Part shown: in pieces, positions 38,020 to 50,826 of the stretch
Numbering within the stretch: position 1 is the first letter of the stretch
Layout: each line of letters opens with the position of its first letter
Assembly (NCBI GenBank): GCA_040772485.1
Contig: JAXGYC010000007.1
Span: 224,001 to 288,000, forward strand
Reading direction: 5' to 3'
DNA: 64,000 nt
Source: Sedimentisphaerales bacterium
GTDB lineage: Bacteria; Planctomycetota; Phycisphaerae; Sedimentisphaerales; Anaerobacaceae
The notes under the pieces: model-generated
The model's input: the letters and a program-made list of their open reading frames with translations, nothing else
Databases searched by the model: none
What the model was told of the DNA's origin: nothing
Position numbers and translations under genes: made by a program

Positions 38020-38125
38020 CGCCGCAGATGAACGCTTCGCACAGCGTCCGCATCCACGGGCCATTGCCCTTCCGCTCGGGGCAATGATCCTCCAGGACCT
38101 TGCGCAGCTCATCTCCCTTGAGCCA
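38020..38125 (-). pseudogene. Degenerate duplicate of the asnB 3' end
   Basis: DELRKVLEDHCPERKGNGPWMRTL aligns to RELRKVLDDHCTQRKDNWLQIWTL of asnB at an offset of 1196 bp. Confidence 0.7.
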
Positions 38126-38198
38126 CCACCGATGATACAACAACTCCCAGGCCTGCTCTTCGACGACCTACGAGGTGTTATAAAGTATACCAAAAGCG

Positions 38199-38684
38199 TC
38201 ATCCCAAGTCAATCGACCGGACAAAACAATCTATGCGCTCAGCCACCGCGTCCGGGCTGGCCGTCCGAGGCCGGGGCCGGAAGGATTTCAGCCGCGTCAG
38301 CTTCGCGGCCAGTTCACCGGGCGTATGGGCGACCAGAATGTGCCCCAGAGCCTCAAACTCGTCCGCCAGAGCCACCTGATGATCGTTGACGACCTCGGCA
38401 TATTTCTTCCGACGAGGCATCGCCAGGAGCGGCTTTCCGCTGTCCAGGGCCAGCATGATGGTGCCCATGCCGGCATGACCGATAATCGCAGAAGCCTCGT
38501 GGAAACGCCGGTCGAACATCTCTTTGTCGAGGGTAGCCACCGCATCGAAGTGCCGGGGCTTGTAGGTGGTATCACCGATCTGCGCGAAAACCTCATCGCC
38601 CAGTTCGTATGCGTCGAAGAAATCGTCGACCGCCCGAACGAGACGGTCGAAAGGAAACTGTGTCCCGACGGTCAGGAAGATCAT
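38199..38684 (-). CDS. pssE: PssE/Cps14G (Alg13-like) glycosyltransferase subunit
   Basis: MIFLTVGTQFPFDRL, FAQIG, IIGHAGMGTI, PR...EVVNDHQ. Confidence 0.9.
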   Translation of the reverse strand: MIFLTVGTQFPFDRLVRAVDDFFDAYELGDEVFAQIGDTTYKPRHFDAVATLDKEMFDRRFHEASAIIGHAGMGTIMLALDSGKPLLAMPRRKKYAEVVNDHQVALADEFEALGHILVAHTPGELAAKLTRLKSFRPRPRTASPDAVAERIDCFVRSIDLG

Positions 38685-39172
38685 ATCACGGCTCCGACAT
38701 ACTCCACCCCCCGGTATTTCCGTGCCAGCTCCGGCCACTGGACCAGAAACAGATCCGCAAACGGACGGACCAGCCGCCCTGAGAGCGACAGGCGATGGAC
38801 ATTGGTGATGCTATCCAGCCAAATCACCTTGGCGCCCAACAGATGCCCCAACACCGCCACCATACAGCCCGGAGCCGCCCCCGTGCTGATTACGAGGTTC
38901 GGCCTGGCCTGGCGCAGAATCCGCAGGCAACGGAACAGCACGCTGACGACGCGCAGCGGATGTTGGCGGTTGCATTCGCCAACGACATACACGACTCCGC
39001 CGCCTCCCAGGGAATCACGGACCACCGCAGCCGTGGTGATCCAGAACGTCTCATTCCCGGACCAGGCGTTCGCAATCTTGAGCAGTTGGCTCAAATGGCC
39101 GCCCGCGGATGCCGCAAGGCAGATCTTGAGCGGTCCTTTGGCCTTCACGAAATGGATTCCACTCTTGGACAA
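38681..39172 (-). CDS. pssD: PssD/Cps14F (Alg14-like) glycosyltransferase subunit, copy 1
   Basis: ICLAASAGGHLSQLL, RPNLVISTGAAPG, LFLVQWP. Confidence 0.9.
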   Translation of the reverse strand: MSKSGIHFVKAKGPLKICLAASAGGHLSQLLKIANAWSGNETFWITTAAVVRDSLGGGGVVYVVGECNRQHPLRVVSVLFRCLRILRQARPNLVISTGAAPGCMVAVLGHLLGAKVIWLDSITNVHRLSLSGRLVRPFADLFLVQWPELARKYRGVEYVGAVI

Positions 39173-41034
39173 TACTTCTCTCGAGCCCTGGAAACCGGGT
39201 GGTTACAGAATACATCGCTCCAGATCGACAGCCCCAGGAGCGTCCAGATCTGAAGCCAGTTGTCTTTCCGCTGAGTGCAGTGGTCGTCCAAAACCTTTCG
39301 CAGTTCCCGTCCATCAAATAATCGTACGAGAAGCCCCTGCCGGTCGCAGATCCGGTCGTAACACAGATCGCGCAACTGGCCCCGAAACCACGCGGTCAGC
39401 GGCAAACGAAAGCCGACCTTCCTTCGATGCACGATCGTCTCGGGCAGGTATCTCAGGGCAATCCGCTTGACCAGCCACTTCCGGGCAAAGCCCCGAACCT
39501 TCACGTCCGCCGGCAGGCGGAACGCATGCTCCACCAGTTCGTGGTCCAGGAACGGGACACGCCCCTCCACAGAAGCCCCCATGGTCATCCGGTCGCCCCG
39601 GTCGAGGAGATTGTCAGGCAGCCACACCTTGCAGTCCGCGTACAGCATGGCGTCCAGTGCGTGGCCTTGGGAACGGCGAACATGTTCCTGCAAAGGACTG
39701 GGCCAGGAACCGTGGGCCGGCATCAGGAGCGCTTTCTCCCGGCGGGTGAACGGAGCGAACCACTGAGGCCACCGATCGGCCGGATCGCGCTCACACAGAC
39801 TTCGCAACGCCACTTCCGCGCGCCTGAACCTGGCCGGCGCCATGGAGCAGAGGGTCTGGGAAAGCCGCACGGGCATCCAGTTCACTATCGGAGAGAACCG
39901 ATCGTAAGCATACTTGGGGTAGCCTCCGAACAGTTCGTCGCTGCCCTCTCCGGAAAGCAGCACCTTGACATCGCGACGAGCCATCTTTGACAACAGATAG
40001 AGCGGAACATCCGCCGGCTCGCTCAGGGGGCTGTCCCGCATCCACGTCAGCTTTTCCAGATGGTCCGCGAAACAGTCCTCTTCGAGAACGAGCTCATGGT
40101 GGTCGGTCCCTGTACTTCTGCGCTTACGATCCGGGCATGGCGGCTCGAGGACGCCGCGTCACGGAACCCGACGGAATACGTTCGCACCGGGAACGCGTGG
40201 TGAGCGTACTCATCAGCGCTTTATTGAGACTGGAATCCACCGCCGCTCGGGAACGCCCCAGCGGGACATCGCTGATGAGCCGGCGTTTCACGGAGTCTTC
40301 AGCAGCGATTCGGTCTGCGCTCGATCTCCGCCGGTTTCGCTGCGCTGGAGCCAGAACCATCCGCTCAAGGAATGTCCCAGTACGACCGATCAACCAAGCC
40401 CGCCTCGGTGACGATTACGAGATGCCCGGGTCGGACCTTGACGATCCCTTCGAAGAAGGTGGCCGAAACCGGAACGGAACGAAAATCAGATAGTGCCAGA
40501 TCGCCTCCGTGCCCGGCCGCGCATCAATGCCCGGATGCTGGAAGAACGCCTTCGGTTCGGAAGCAAATACGAAGTCACCGCCGCACTGGCTGTAGTAAAG
40601 CGGCTTGATTCCCATCCGATCCCGAGCCAGGGAAGAGCTGTCGGCATTCGTGTCCCAAATGGCAAAGGCAAACATCCCCTGCAGCCGGTGGACCATCTCG
40701 GGCCGTACTCCTCGTACAGGTGCACCAGGGTCTCCGTATCCCCGGACGTCTTGAGGCGGTGCCCCCTGCCCAGCAGGTGCTCGCGCAGCTCGCGGTAGTT
40801 GTAAGATCTCGCCGTTAAACGTCACCCATACGCTTTCGTCTTCGTTCGCCAGGCTGCTTCCCTTCCCCGCGTCGATAATCTGCTCAGACGAACGTGCCCC
40901 AAAGCGGCGTGCTCGGTGGAAATCAGACCCTCCCCGTCGGGCCCCCGATGGCGCATCACCTCCACCATGCTCTCAACGATCCGACGGCGAGCCGGATCTG
41001 GCGAAAGACCAACGATACCCGCGATCCCACACAC
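39145..41034 (-). pseudogene. asnB: Asparagine synthase-like amidotransferase (glutamine-hydrolysing), frameshifted
   Basis: Fragments in different frames: MCGIAG...[22 protein letters not shown]...[51 protein letters not shown]. The frameshifts may be sequencing errors. Confidence 0.85.
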
Positions 41035-42093
41035 AGCAACGAATTCCTTTGCCCGTTTGGCCGCTCCTTGACGGAGCGAGCCTGCATACTACGAAGATGG
41101 GGGCCTTCTTCACGCCGGAGATCCCAACTGGCCACCAGTACCTGGAGAGATTGTCGAAACCGCGATCCCGGAACCAGGACTCGAACTCGCTCTCCGTGAA
41201 CATGTCTCGATACATCGGAGACAAAACGTCGAACCATGTCAGCACGGTTCTCGATATCCCCTCTGAAGCAAAGGAAATCTTGAGGTGAGTGCAGTTCTGG
41301 ATGAATCGGCAGCGGCAGGAGGGGGTCAACAGAAAGAGCGTCAACCAAGTGACAAATGCAATGACCTGGCAGAGAGATGGTAAGAAAACGATGATTCCAA
41401 TGCACCAAAGCCCAACGGACGGAAAACCTTTCGGAGGGCCACCATCGGACTGGCTTTCTTCTCATATACCCAGAAATAGGCCCGTCCCCCCTTCCTGACG
41501 AGCGCGCGAGCTAATCGAAGGCTCCTCGCGAATCCCCCGTATGGTGGATCACGCCGTTACACCAAACAAGATCGAAGGACTCCGGTGGAAAAGGCGGGGC
41601 AAGGACGCTCGCCTGGACCAGATGGAGATTTGGCAACCGGCCGTCGGCCTGATAGGCGTCGACAATCGCGGGATTGATGTCCATGCCGACGACCTCCGCC
41701 CCAGGATAACGCCTCGCGATCTCTGCCGTGAGCACACCGCTGCCGCAACCACCGTCCAGGATCCACTTGCCTTGAATGTCCCGTTCCGAGATCCCGAAGG
41801 CTTCAAAGAAGTAGTTGACTTGCTCGTCGATGCCTCGTCCGGGCACGGTTCCCTTCTCGAATCCGCCCGCATGGTGTGTCTTCCACTCAGATCGAAACTC
41901 TGTGACACATGGCTCTGACAGTGTTCGCGAGGCGCAGCGCGTGGAACCCCGCCTGAGATCGGGAATTCGGCACGACATCCCGTACATGAAAGATGCCCCT
42001 CCAGAATCTCGGCTTGTTCTGCCTGGAGTCGACGAAAGCGAGAGAGGCCTTGCACAACGGACATCGGAGCAGCGCAACAATGGTTGACTTCAT
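40973..42093 (-). pseudogene. Class I methyltransferase with N-terminal Trm112-like zinc knuckle, frameshifted
   Basis: LLRCPLCK...CTGCRAEFPISGGVPR, then ILDGGCGSG, VVGMDIN, FDLVWCNGVIHHT, spread over several frames. Confidence 0.75.
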
Positions 42094-43101
42094 GGGAAGT
42101 GATCCTTCCTTCTGTTGTACAAATCTCCGCTTGGATCAGGAACCCATCTCGGTGCGGCACTCGCATGCGGATGGCAAAGGAGGCTGTTCGACCGTGCTCT
42201 CCGGCTGGATAAGGTCTCAAGAAGAGGCGGGCAGCGCTGATGCAAGCCATCAGGCGCGCATGCAACTCTGCTATATCGCCTCGCGTCATCCGGAAATATC
42301 GACTCTCGAGTGGGGGCTGACATGAAGAGCCGCAGATAACGATACGGCCAGGGGTCGAGGCAGGTCCTTGAGGCACAAATCTCATGCACTTGGCCAACAT
42401 GAAGGCCGGATGCGTGGACAGACAGTAGTCGGCCAACCCCTGCTGGAATCTTGCACGAAGGACATGGCGGCCACCTGCTGTCCCCAGGGGCTTCAAGTGA
42501 ATGGCCTGGATGTCCGAAACGACCAGGTCTTCCAGCCGTTCATCCTGGCCAGGATCTCTGTACACGTGTCCTCGCCACCATGCTTGCACCCGGGACGTAC
42601 CCCCCACCTGCCCGTAGCAGGCGCGACGGAAGACCTGAAATGCTTTCAGGTGGAGTACCTGTCGAATTCCAATTCTCTCAGCTTTCCGTTGATCAGTTCG
42701 AGCAAACCGCCGGCCGCGATGCCCATGTCGCGATTCATCTCCAGGCGATGGAACACCTCCCTCGTAGTAGCGGTCACAGAGGACGATGTCCATCCAAGAT
42801 GGCCAGGTACTCAAACGACAGGTCGCGCACCGCCTCATATCCGGCCAGCAGGGCGTAGACGTTGCTCGCATAATACGTCTGGCCCGGAACTCGCTCTCGA
42901 CGCAGGTAGCGCATCCAGTCGTACTGCCGGGCATAGCGGCTGGACGATCTGCGCCGTCGGATCCGTCGACCCGTCGTCGACAATGACCCAGCGGACCGGC
43001 CGGATCGTCTGACGCACGACGCTCTGAATCGTGCGTTCGATATATGCCGCTTCATTGAAGGCCGGCGTCACGATGACATATGTCGGTCTTTCTGTGGTCA
43101 C
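42090..43101 (-). pseudogene. Glycosyltransferase family 2, frameshifted
   Basis: YVIVTPAFNEAAYI...WVIVDDGSTD; FEYLAILD; FQVFRRACY, in separate frames. Confidence 0.8.
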
Positions 43102-44089
43102 GGAACACTCACACGGTCACAACCCGGCGGATACGCCGCGGCTACAGGAAAGACGAGCCCAGCCCCCAGGCTTCTGGCACAGCCTCGCGCGTAGATCACG
43201 GCGACGGCAAAGTTCCTGGTTTCGCTCCTGCGGAAGAACAAACGCGGAGGAACCAATAGGGGACCCGAAGCCCGTACCAGGCGATGTGAAAAGACACGCC
43301 ATGGCATAGTATGAAAACGTCCGGTGCTTTCGGAAGAACCGGAGAATCCGCTGCCGCGTTGCAGCGTCATCTCAGACTTCACCTGCTCGCTGCTCTTTCC
43401 GCCCAGATGATCTGCCCAACCGGCGTAGAGCACCAGCCGGCCTGTCGGAAGCGATAGCACCAGTCCGTCTCCTCGGCGTACATGAAGAAACCCTCGTCCA
43501 TGGTTCCGACCTGCTCGATCGCCTCGCGACGGATCAGCATGAAACATCCGGAGACCACCTCCACCTCTCGAGTGCCATCATGGTCACCACGTCATGTGCT
43601 CCCGGCCGAGGAGGCCGGCTCCGGGGGAGTATCTTGTACAGATAGGTGCTCGACAGGACCAGGTTGGGCAGCGACGGATACATCGAACAGGTCCGCTGGA
43701 GGGTGCGGTCGGCATTCAGAACACGGCAGCCCACGACCGCCGCGTCGGGACGGGCGTCGGCAAAGGCCACCGTCTTGGCAATCGCCTGGTCCAGCACGAC
43801 CGTGTCGCTGTTGAGCAGCAGGACATAACGCCCCGCTGCCAAGGGCAATTCCCTGATTGTTGGCCGCCGCAAACCCACGGTTCTCCGCATTCTCGATCAG
43901 TCGAACATGCGGAAACTCCTCTCGGACCATGGCCACAGAGTCATCGGCGGACGCGTTGTCTACTACGAGCACTTCGCAGCAGACCGCACCGGCGTTCTTG
44001 TCGATGGACTCAAGACAATCCCGAAGGATGGCCCGCGTGTTCCAACTGACGATGACGATCGATACGTCCACGGTCTTTTCCATGCTCAT
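43098..44089 (-). pseudogene. Glycosyltransferase family 2 (WbbL/rhamnosyltransferase-like), frameshifted
   Basis: VSIVIVSWNT...VVDNASAD...[28 protein letters not shown]...[14 protein letters not shown]. Confidence 0.85.
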
Positions 44090-44099
44090 GTCGGTAGGC

Positions 44100-45354
44100 A
44101 ATCAACGCCTCTTCCAGACGCAGCTGCCGGGGATTGGAGAACACCCATCCGGTGATGGCGAAAGTCAGGTACAACAACGAATGATCTGCCAGAAATAGGA
44201 AACGCCGAAGAAGGAGACGCAGTGTCCGAACAGCGAGATGCAGACTCCCCACAGAAGCCACTGGTGTCCCGTCGAGATCTTGCGGAGGGAGGCCTTGCCC
44301 ACGCGGGCGACCGCCCAGATCACGAGGATGATGAACAGGACGAGGGTGATCAGCCCGCCCCGGACTCCTTCGAGAACGAACTGATTGGTCACATCGAAGA
44401 GCCCCCAGCCCCAGTGGCCGGTCCCGCGCGTTCCCAGCACAGCCCACTCGGAAGAGTGGTTGATCGCCTCATCAATCAGATGATACCGATGCCATCCGGT
44501 CGACCCTCCGATGATGTTCACCCGGGCGATCAGATGCCACACGGGCGCTTTCATGACGATATGCAAAGCTACGAGCATCGCCACGGAGCCATAGGCGGCC
44601 AGACGGCCGTGCTGACGGTATCGAAACAAAGGCATCATGGCGCCCACAATCATCAGGGTTAGAAGCGGCGTGCTCGAGCGCGTCGCGATGATGATAAATA
44701 CGGCGGCGGCCGTCGCCGCCCCGTACAGCCACTTGTGCGTCTCACTCTTCCAGAGCCCGACGAAAAGCGGGACGGCCGTCGCCCAGAACAGCCCCAGCAT
44801 GATCGAATGCGGGAAGGACGCCTGACAACGAAACTCCCCTTCTCGCAACACCGTGTGAACCCGCCCGAGGACGGCAAAGGGGTTCTGCCCCGTCGTCCAC
44901 TCGATGGCCACGAAGACCACCATCACCAGGCAACAGACCGCCAGAGCGCGACCGATCTGCTTGATGTCGTCCCACTTCGTCACGCTCTTTCGGAACAACC
45001 AGTATGTCCCGAGGATGTCAAAGAGAACACCGCACTTGAAGATGATGGCCCCCAAGGTTCCCCACAGCAGAACATAGATCACCGCACCGCAGACGGCCCA
45101 GGCAATGACCAGCTTGTCAAAGGAGTTGATTTGCAGAGGCTTGCTGTCCTGGCTGCACACGATTCGCAGCACTCCGACGACGATGAGAATCCGCAGGGCG
45201 GTGAAGTCCAAGTCCATGATGATGACGCGTTGGTCCGCCGGAACAAAGCAGGCCGCCACAATATAGGGCAAAAGAAAGTATCTCCTCGGCACCAGCAACG
45301 CCAAGACAATAGAATCATTAGCGAACGCGATGGTTCCTGGGTAATGGTAATCAC
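44100..45354 (-). CDS. O-antigen ligase/polymerase (Wzy/WaaL-like) membrane protein; ends frameshifted
   Basis: Many TMs; 'RCQASFPHSIMLG', 'TRSST', 'DVTNQFVLEGVRGGL' pattern of Wzy_C-type proteins; core ORF 44165-45304. Confidence 0.7.
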
Positions 45355-45499
45355 GGACAGATAGCCCTCCGGCAATAACCGCGCGGTCACCCCGAACAGG
45401 ATGACAGAACTGATCGAACGCCTGTCAGAACGCAATTCCACCAGACGATAACGACACTTCCGGGCAAAACGGCCAGAACCGGACGTGTGCAGAGGCCGA

Positions 45500-46357
45500 C
45501 TTTGTCATGTGCCCCTCGCTTTCGCCCAACGCGAGACCTCGACAGCAATCGTGTCGCATGCTCGCGGGTACTGAACCGGCCGCGCGCCCAGCGAATAGCA
45601 ACGTGGATCGGACGGGCCCTCCAGCAGGTTCTTCGCCATTTTGCGACGCTTACCTTCATGCGACTGTTCATGTCATGGTAATATCCACACCGCATACCAA
45701 AGGTGACATCGCGGTACTCTTCGCTCCTCGCGGTGCATCAGGCAGTAGCGAGCTCTTCGGATCGTCCATGTGCTCCTGGCAGACCAGCGGAAGTAATAAA
45801 AACCGTTGATCGGCCCGGCCGACGCCATCTTCAGCCAGTACGCCGTGGTGGCGTTCTCCCGGATCGGCCCGAACGCCTGGAAGTCGCTTCGCTTGATCAA
45901 CAGCCCGGTCCCGCAGGTCCACGGATGCCGGAATATCTGATGGCGTCCAAACGTCTGGATCTTGGTAGCAGCGCGCTCGTAGTCAATCCTCGGGAAAGTA
46001 ATGCCAGCAGGCAACCACCCAAAGCCTCTCGATATCCTGATGGGCCTGTGCCAGCGTGCGCGTCAGCCGGCTGGAACGGGACAGTCGTTGTCCGGCTTTG
46101 CCGAGAAGGTCCGCCTTCGACCGCCCCCAGATTTCGTTTACGGCGGCCGTCTGGCCGGCATTCTCCATACAGAGCACGATGTCCGCGATGCGGGGTCGCT
46201 CACCTCCTTCCCGGGTAGTCCGCAGTCCCGTCCGTCGAGGGCATTGTCCCAGATCGTCAGCGAGAACTCCTCCGTCGGGTCGGCAAGAACCGATGCGAGC
46301 GCCCAGCTTCGTGTATTCCAGCCGCTGATAGGTAATGAACACCAGATCGATGGTCAT
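45500..46357 (-). pseudogene. Glycosyltransferase family 2-like, frameshifted
   Basis: IDLVFITYQRLEYT; IWDNASTDGT (other frame); NAGQTAAVN; GTGLLIKR. The 3' end is approximate. Confidence 0.7.
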
Positions 46358-46403
46358 GGCATGAACGCCCTAATTCCTCATCGCCAAAAAGCGGGCCGCT
46401 CTC

Positions 46404-47503
46404 TCAGCGTCCGTCTCTCCGTGCGGATATGGTCTCTCGGCTGGTTGACGAGGTCCGTGACAGACACCGCTCGTACAGGGCCCTGGTGGCCGCGGCTGCG
46501 CTTGCCCATGTCCATTGCGAGGCCTTCTGGCGATTGTACTGGCCCATTGCGGACAACGCCTCGGCCCTCTCCACCGCCTGCCGCATGCTTTCCAGAAGCC
46601 CCGTCTCGCCCGCGGGGTCGTACAAAAGGCGCCGCGATCATCCAGCACATCGGTCAGACATCCCATCGCCGGCCCAATGCAGGGCTTGCCGAACGACATC
46701 GCCAACAAAGCGGCGCCCCGGACGACGAAGTACCGATACGGCAGGACCACCACATCGGCCGCGTTCATATATGCCTGAATCTGATCGTCCGGCACGAAAC
46801 CGGGATGGAATTGTACGTTGCCCAGCCCCGCGCTGGCCGCCTCGATCTTCCGCCGAAACTCCTCGTTCAGCGGCTGACCGGCGATGACCAGGACGGCACG
46901 GTCCGGCCCGAGCTGCTGAAAGGCCTGGATCAGTTCCAGCACGCCCTTATGGGGTCGTACCGCGCTTGAAAACACCACGCGCGTCGTTGACACCCTGCCC
47001 GCGGGCGGCCGCGCGATCGATATGGTTGGGATAATCGCCGATGTAGTTGGCATGTGGGATCACCGCGAAATGCCCTCGATCCTGCAATCGCCATGTGTCG
47101 ATCACCCGTTCTCTGGCATTCTGGCCGTGGACAATCAGGCCGCTCGACAGAGCAGCAACCGTTCGGGCCAGAAGCCAATCCAGTCTCGGGTGGAGCGACT
47201 CATGCGGCACCAGATTGTGGACGGTCCAGACCAACGGGACGCCCCGAAGTCGCAACAGAGCCAGACGCGACACAAATGCCATGGCCCGGAGGAACCGCCA
47301 TTCTCGCCAGCCGAACTCCGGAAGCCAGTGCAAATGGACGATGTCCGGCCTCGTGCTCAGAAAGATGCCGTATCGAAACAGATCTTTGAGGAACTCGCCC
47401 TTCTCCAGCCTGACTCCCAGGGCCGACAGATGTCTCGCAAAGCATCCTGATAGGGGTTCTTGGCGCCCCAGTAAGGAACGAAGGCAACCGACAGTGTCAC
47501 CAC
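46404..47503 (-). pseudogene. Glycosyltransferase family 4, frameshifted
   Basis: NPYQ, PDIVHLHW, LVWTVHNLVPHE, VIPH, VRPHKGV..LI.AF, ADVVVLPY, AMSFGKP, QWTW. Confidence 0.8.
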
Positions 47504-47749
47504 GTCTTGCGTGTCGGCCCGAGGTGCTCTCGGTGGAGGGCCGCAGCCGCGTGTGGGGCACGCTCGATCCGAGAGTCGAATCCGACAGTGGCTCGGACCT
47601 CACGCTGCTCTTGCCACCTGTCCACACGTTCCGCCTTTGCACAGAGCCTGCCTCGGCTTGCCCACTCGGCGACGTCTTCTCGCCCGCCTCTGCCACCGGC
47701 AGAACGGACTTCCGATTGCATCCGTCCATTGGACACCCGTATCCTGAAT

Positions 47750-49628
47750 GACAATGAGGAAGCTGGGATTCGGACCCGTCTGACGTCCGCGCATCCAAGT
47801 CCTGTCGATAAACCCCTCGGTATTCCTTCACCAGCCCCAGCCATACTGCCAACTGCAGAAGGCGAAGCCCATGTTCCCAGCGGAGCTCTTCGTCCTCCAG
47901 GAGAACCTGGCCACGGCCTTTGAACAACACACCATCGAGACTGCTGAGATTCGGCCCATACGTGCGTCGGAGGCGGGCCAACCCCTGGCTCTCGCGCCAA
48001 TACATCGGGTAGTCGTGCCAGGAGTGTTGAATCGGGGCCTTCCACCCGAGACCTTCCATGACGCCGGCGAGCCAATCTGCCATTTTCGGATCGCCCGCTG
48101 CGCCAGACGCCAGAGATGCCCGCTGCAAGGCCGAACGCCATCGTTGGCAGAGGGAATTCGCAGGCCGGGACCCATAACCTCTTGCGCCACTTTCAGGAAG
48201 ATGCGGTCACCGAGCTTGAGTTCCACGGGACAGGTGAAGGCAAAATCCAGCAACCGCCGATCCGCTCCCGCCAGACGGATGGGCAGACGTCTTCTCTGCG
48301 CCGCCCAAGTGGCCACCTCCAGCCACTGCCGGAACGGATAGATCTTCAGAAATTCCGCCACGCTGCCCCGGCGCGGGTCCGCGTTTCTGTCACAGAAATC
48401 TTTCCGGCGCTCCGCCATGCTCTCCAGCACGTCCTGCGGCATGCGCTCGTCCCAGAAATCGCGTGGCACGTCGAGGCCATCGAACGGAATCCGTTCATAG
48501 CGGTTCGGGAGAAGCCCCCCCAGCGGGCGCCGGCAGACGAAATCCTTTGCCGTGTACGCCCTCAGAAGCGTGTCCAGGAGATCGCCCGTCAACAGGACGT
48601 CCACTTCGCTCGTGATGGTGTCCGCAAAGCCGAACAGATGCGCGTGCACGAACTCGCACTCGCATCCAATGAACCGGACCGCCTCCACGAGATGATCTGC
48701 AAGATACTCCTGGTGGCGAATCAATGGAAACCGGGGTCGCCCATATGCGGCCGCAGCGCGCCGCGCCGTCCTGGCTTCACGATTGACCCGGTCGCACATG
48801 GTGAACACGATACCGGCCTTGTCCCTGGGAACGGCGGCCGTCACCAGCCGAGAATCCAGGCCCCCGCTCAGGGCCACGCCGGTCCGGTCGGCCCCGCACC
48901 GCTCCATCACGGCGGCAAGAAACACCTCGCGCAGCCGATCGGCAAGATCCGTCTCGCTGTAGTCCGTCCGTACCTCGGCAGGCGGCTGCTGCCAGTACAA
49001 CCATTGCCTCGACTGCAACTCACCATTCTCCCTGCACATGGCGAAGACAGTGCCGGGAGTAGCCTTCGACAAGATATACATCGTGCACGGAAGTCGCGAG
49101 TGCCCCTGCCGCGGGAACTGGCCGAGCGAAACGGGATCTACCTCCTCCGAAACCTCGCCGGCAACGGCAACCAGGTCGGCGTGCGTGCCCGCCGAGACGG
49201 TCCGTCCATCGGCTCCCTGGCCCAGAAACACCTGCGTCGTGCCCAACGGATCGGTTACGATACGAACCCCGTTTGATCCGCGTACAGAATGGCAAGGCGC
49301 CCGTTCAGTTGCCGGAACACCGGATCATCTTCCAGGAAATCGTCGTGGCCTTGGGCAGAACGGTGCAATGATGCAAGGCAGCGATCAGGCCGCTCCGGAA
49401 CGTCTCGGACATGCCTCCGACAGGGTCCCCCACCCGGGCGAGAACTCCTCCATCTACGCCGATGATGTTCGCGTTGGAAGCGAGCCGATCTTCCAGCACC
49501 GCCACGCTGCCCCAGGCAAAGTCAAAGCCCCGTCCTTGTGGAGCACGCACACCGTATGGCTCCTTCAGCAAAGCGAGCAGGCGCCCGGAATCACAGTCGT
49601 GTCCGATTCGAATCAGAAAATCGCTCAT
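47750..49628 (-). pseudogene. Second asparagine synthase-related protein (ATP-pyrophosphatase domain), frameshifted
   Basis: VALSGGLDSR PP-loop, DVLLTGD, DRRLLDFAFTCP; the N-terminus MSDFL lacks the Ntn Cys2. Confidence 0.7.
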
Positions 49629-50826
49629 GACGCACGTGCACTCTATGAGCACGTCCTCAAGCTCAGCAATCTGTCTCTTGACATCGAATTCCTCCTTGAT
49701 GCGCGTTCGTCCTGCCATTCCAAGGCGCGAGCGCAAATGGGGATCGCGCGCAAGTCGCAGCATGCTCTCTTGCATGCAGGAGCGTCGCCTGCGGGAACCA
49801 ACAACCCCGTCACGCCATCCACCACTTGCTCCGCCAGCCCGCCGCAATCCGTCACCACCACCGGCAGTCCCATGGCGGACGCTTCGGCCACACTGACAGG
49901 CCACCCTTCAGGGACCAGAGAGTGCTGGACGAAGACATCCGACTGCTCAAGCGCATGTCGTACTTCGCTTGGAGACAACCACCCCGTGAAACACACGTTG
50001 TCCCACAGCCCAAGACGCTCTACGAGCGTCTCCAGGTCTTTGCGCTCCGGTCCCTCACCGGCTATGACAAGACGAGCCCCGGGAACCTCGCGCACGACGG
50101 AGGCAAAGGCCCGAATCGTCACGTCCACTCCCTTCAACTTCACAAGGCGACTGACCACGATAAACTGCAGCGGCGAACCACTCCGCTCCTTTGCCGAACA
50201 CGGAAGAGACTCCTCTGTGGGTACGCCACAGGGAATCACATGCACTCTCGCCGGGTCCACCCCATGCGTGACAAGCCAATCCCGCTGCATGGTGTTGACC
50301 ACGATGACTGCATCGAATCGACGAAGGGCAGCCTCAATGCTCCATCGATACCATCGATTGGCCAATCCGCCGGCAAGGTCGGAACCGTGAAAATGCACCG
50401 CGAGAGGTATCGCAAGTTCGCGCCTGGCTATCGAACATCCGCAGCCCCATCGTCCCATATTGACCTGATATCACATCCGGATGGATCGCACGGACGATGC
50501 GGCCGATGGCGGCATACTCCCAGCGCGTCGTCGCAAAGTTCCGGCGCGACAAATTCCGCAATCGATGAAGACGTCGCATCAGTCCGGACGCCTCTTCCGG
50601 CCAGCACCCCGCCTCCTGCATAATGGTCATCGGCACACTGCCGATAGGGAAAAGTCTTTGTTGATGTAACGCCATGTCAAAACCTGGACCCGCATGCGGG
50701 CCATGCCCACGATCTGACGCCACATCCACGTCTCGCTCACTTCACCGACCGAACGGCAAAACAAAGCGTCAAGCTCGCGTCGGCGTGAACCTCAACCTTT
50801 GCACGACTGGCACATATCTGTGTCAC
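49625..50826 (-). pseudogene. Glycosyltransferase family 4, frameshifted
   Basis: SETWMWRQ, VHFHGSD, VIPCGV, VSRLVKLKG, EGWPVSVAEASAMGLPVV, DGVTGLLVP. Confidence 0.85.

Noticed and set aside
49305..49904. Apparent in-frame fusion of a GT4 C-terminus to the AsnB-like N-terminus
   Set aside because: An ATGA stop/start overlap at 49625-49628 inside a frameshift-rich zone explains it as two genes.
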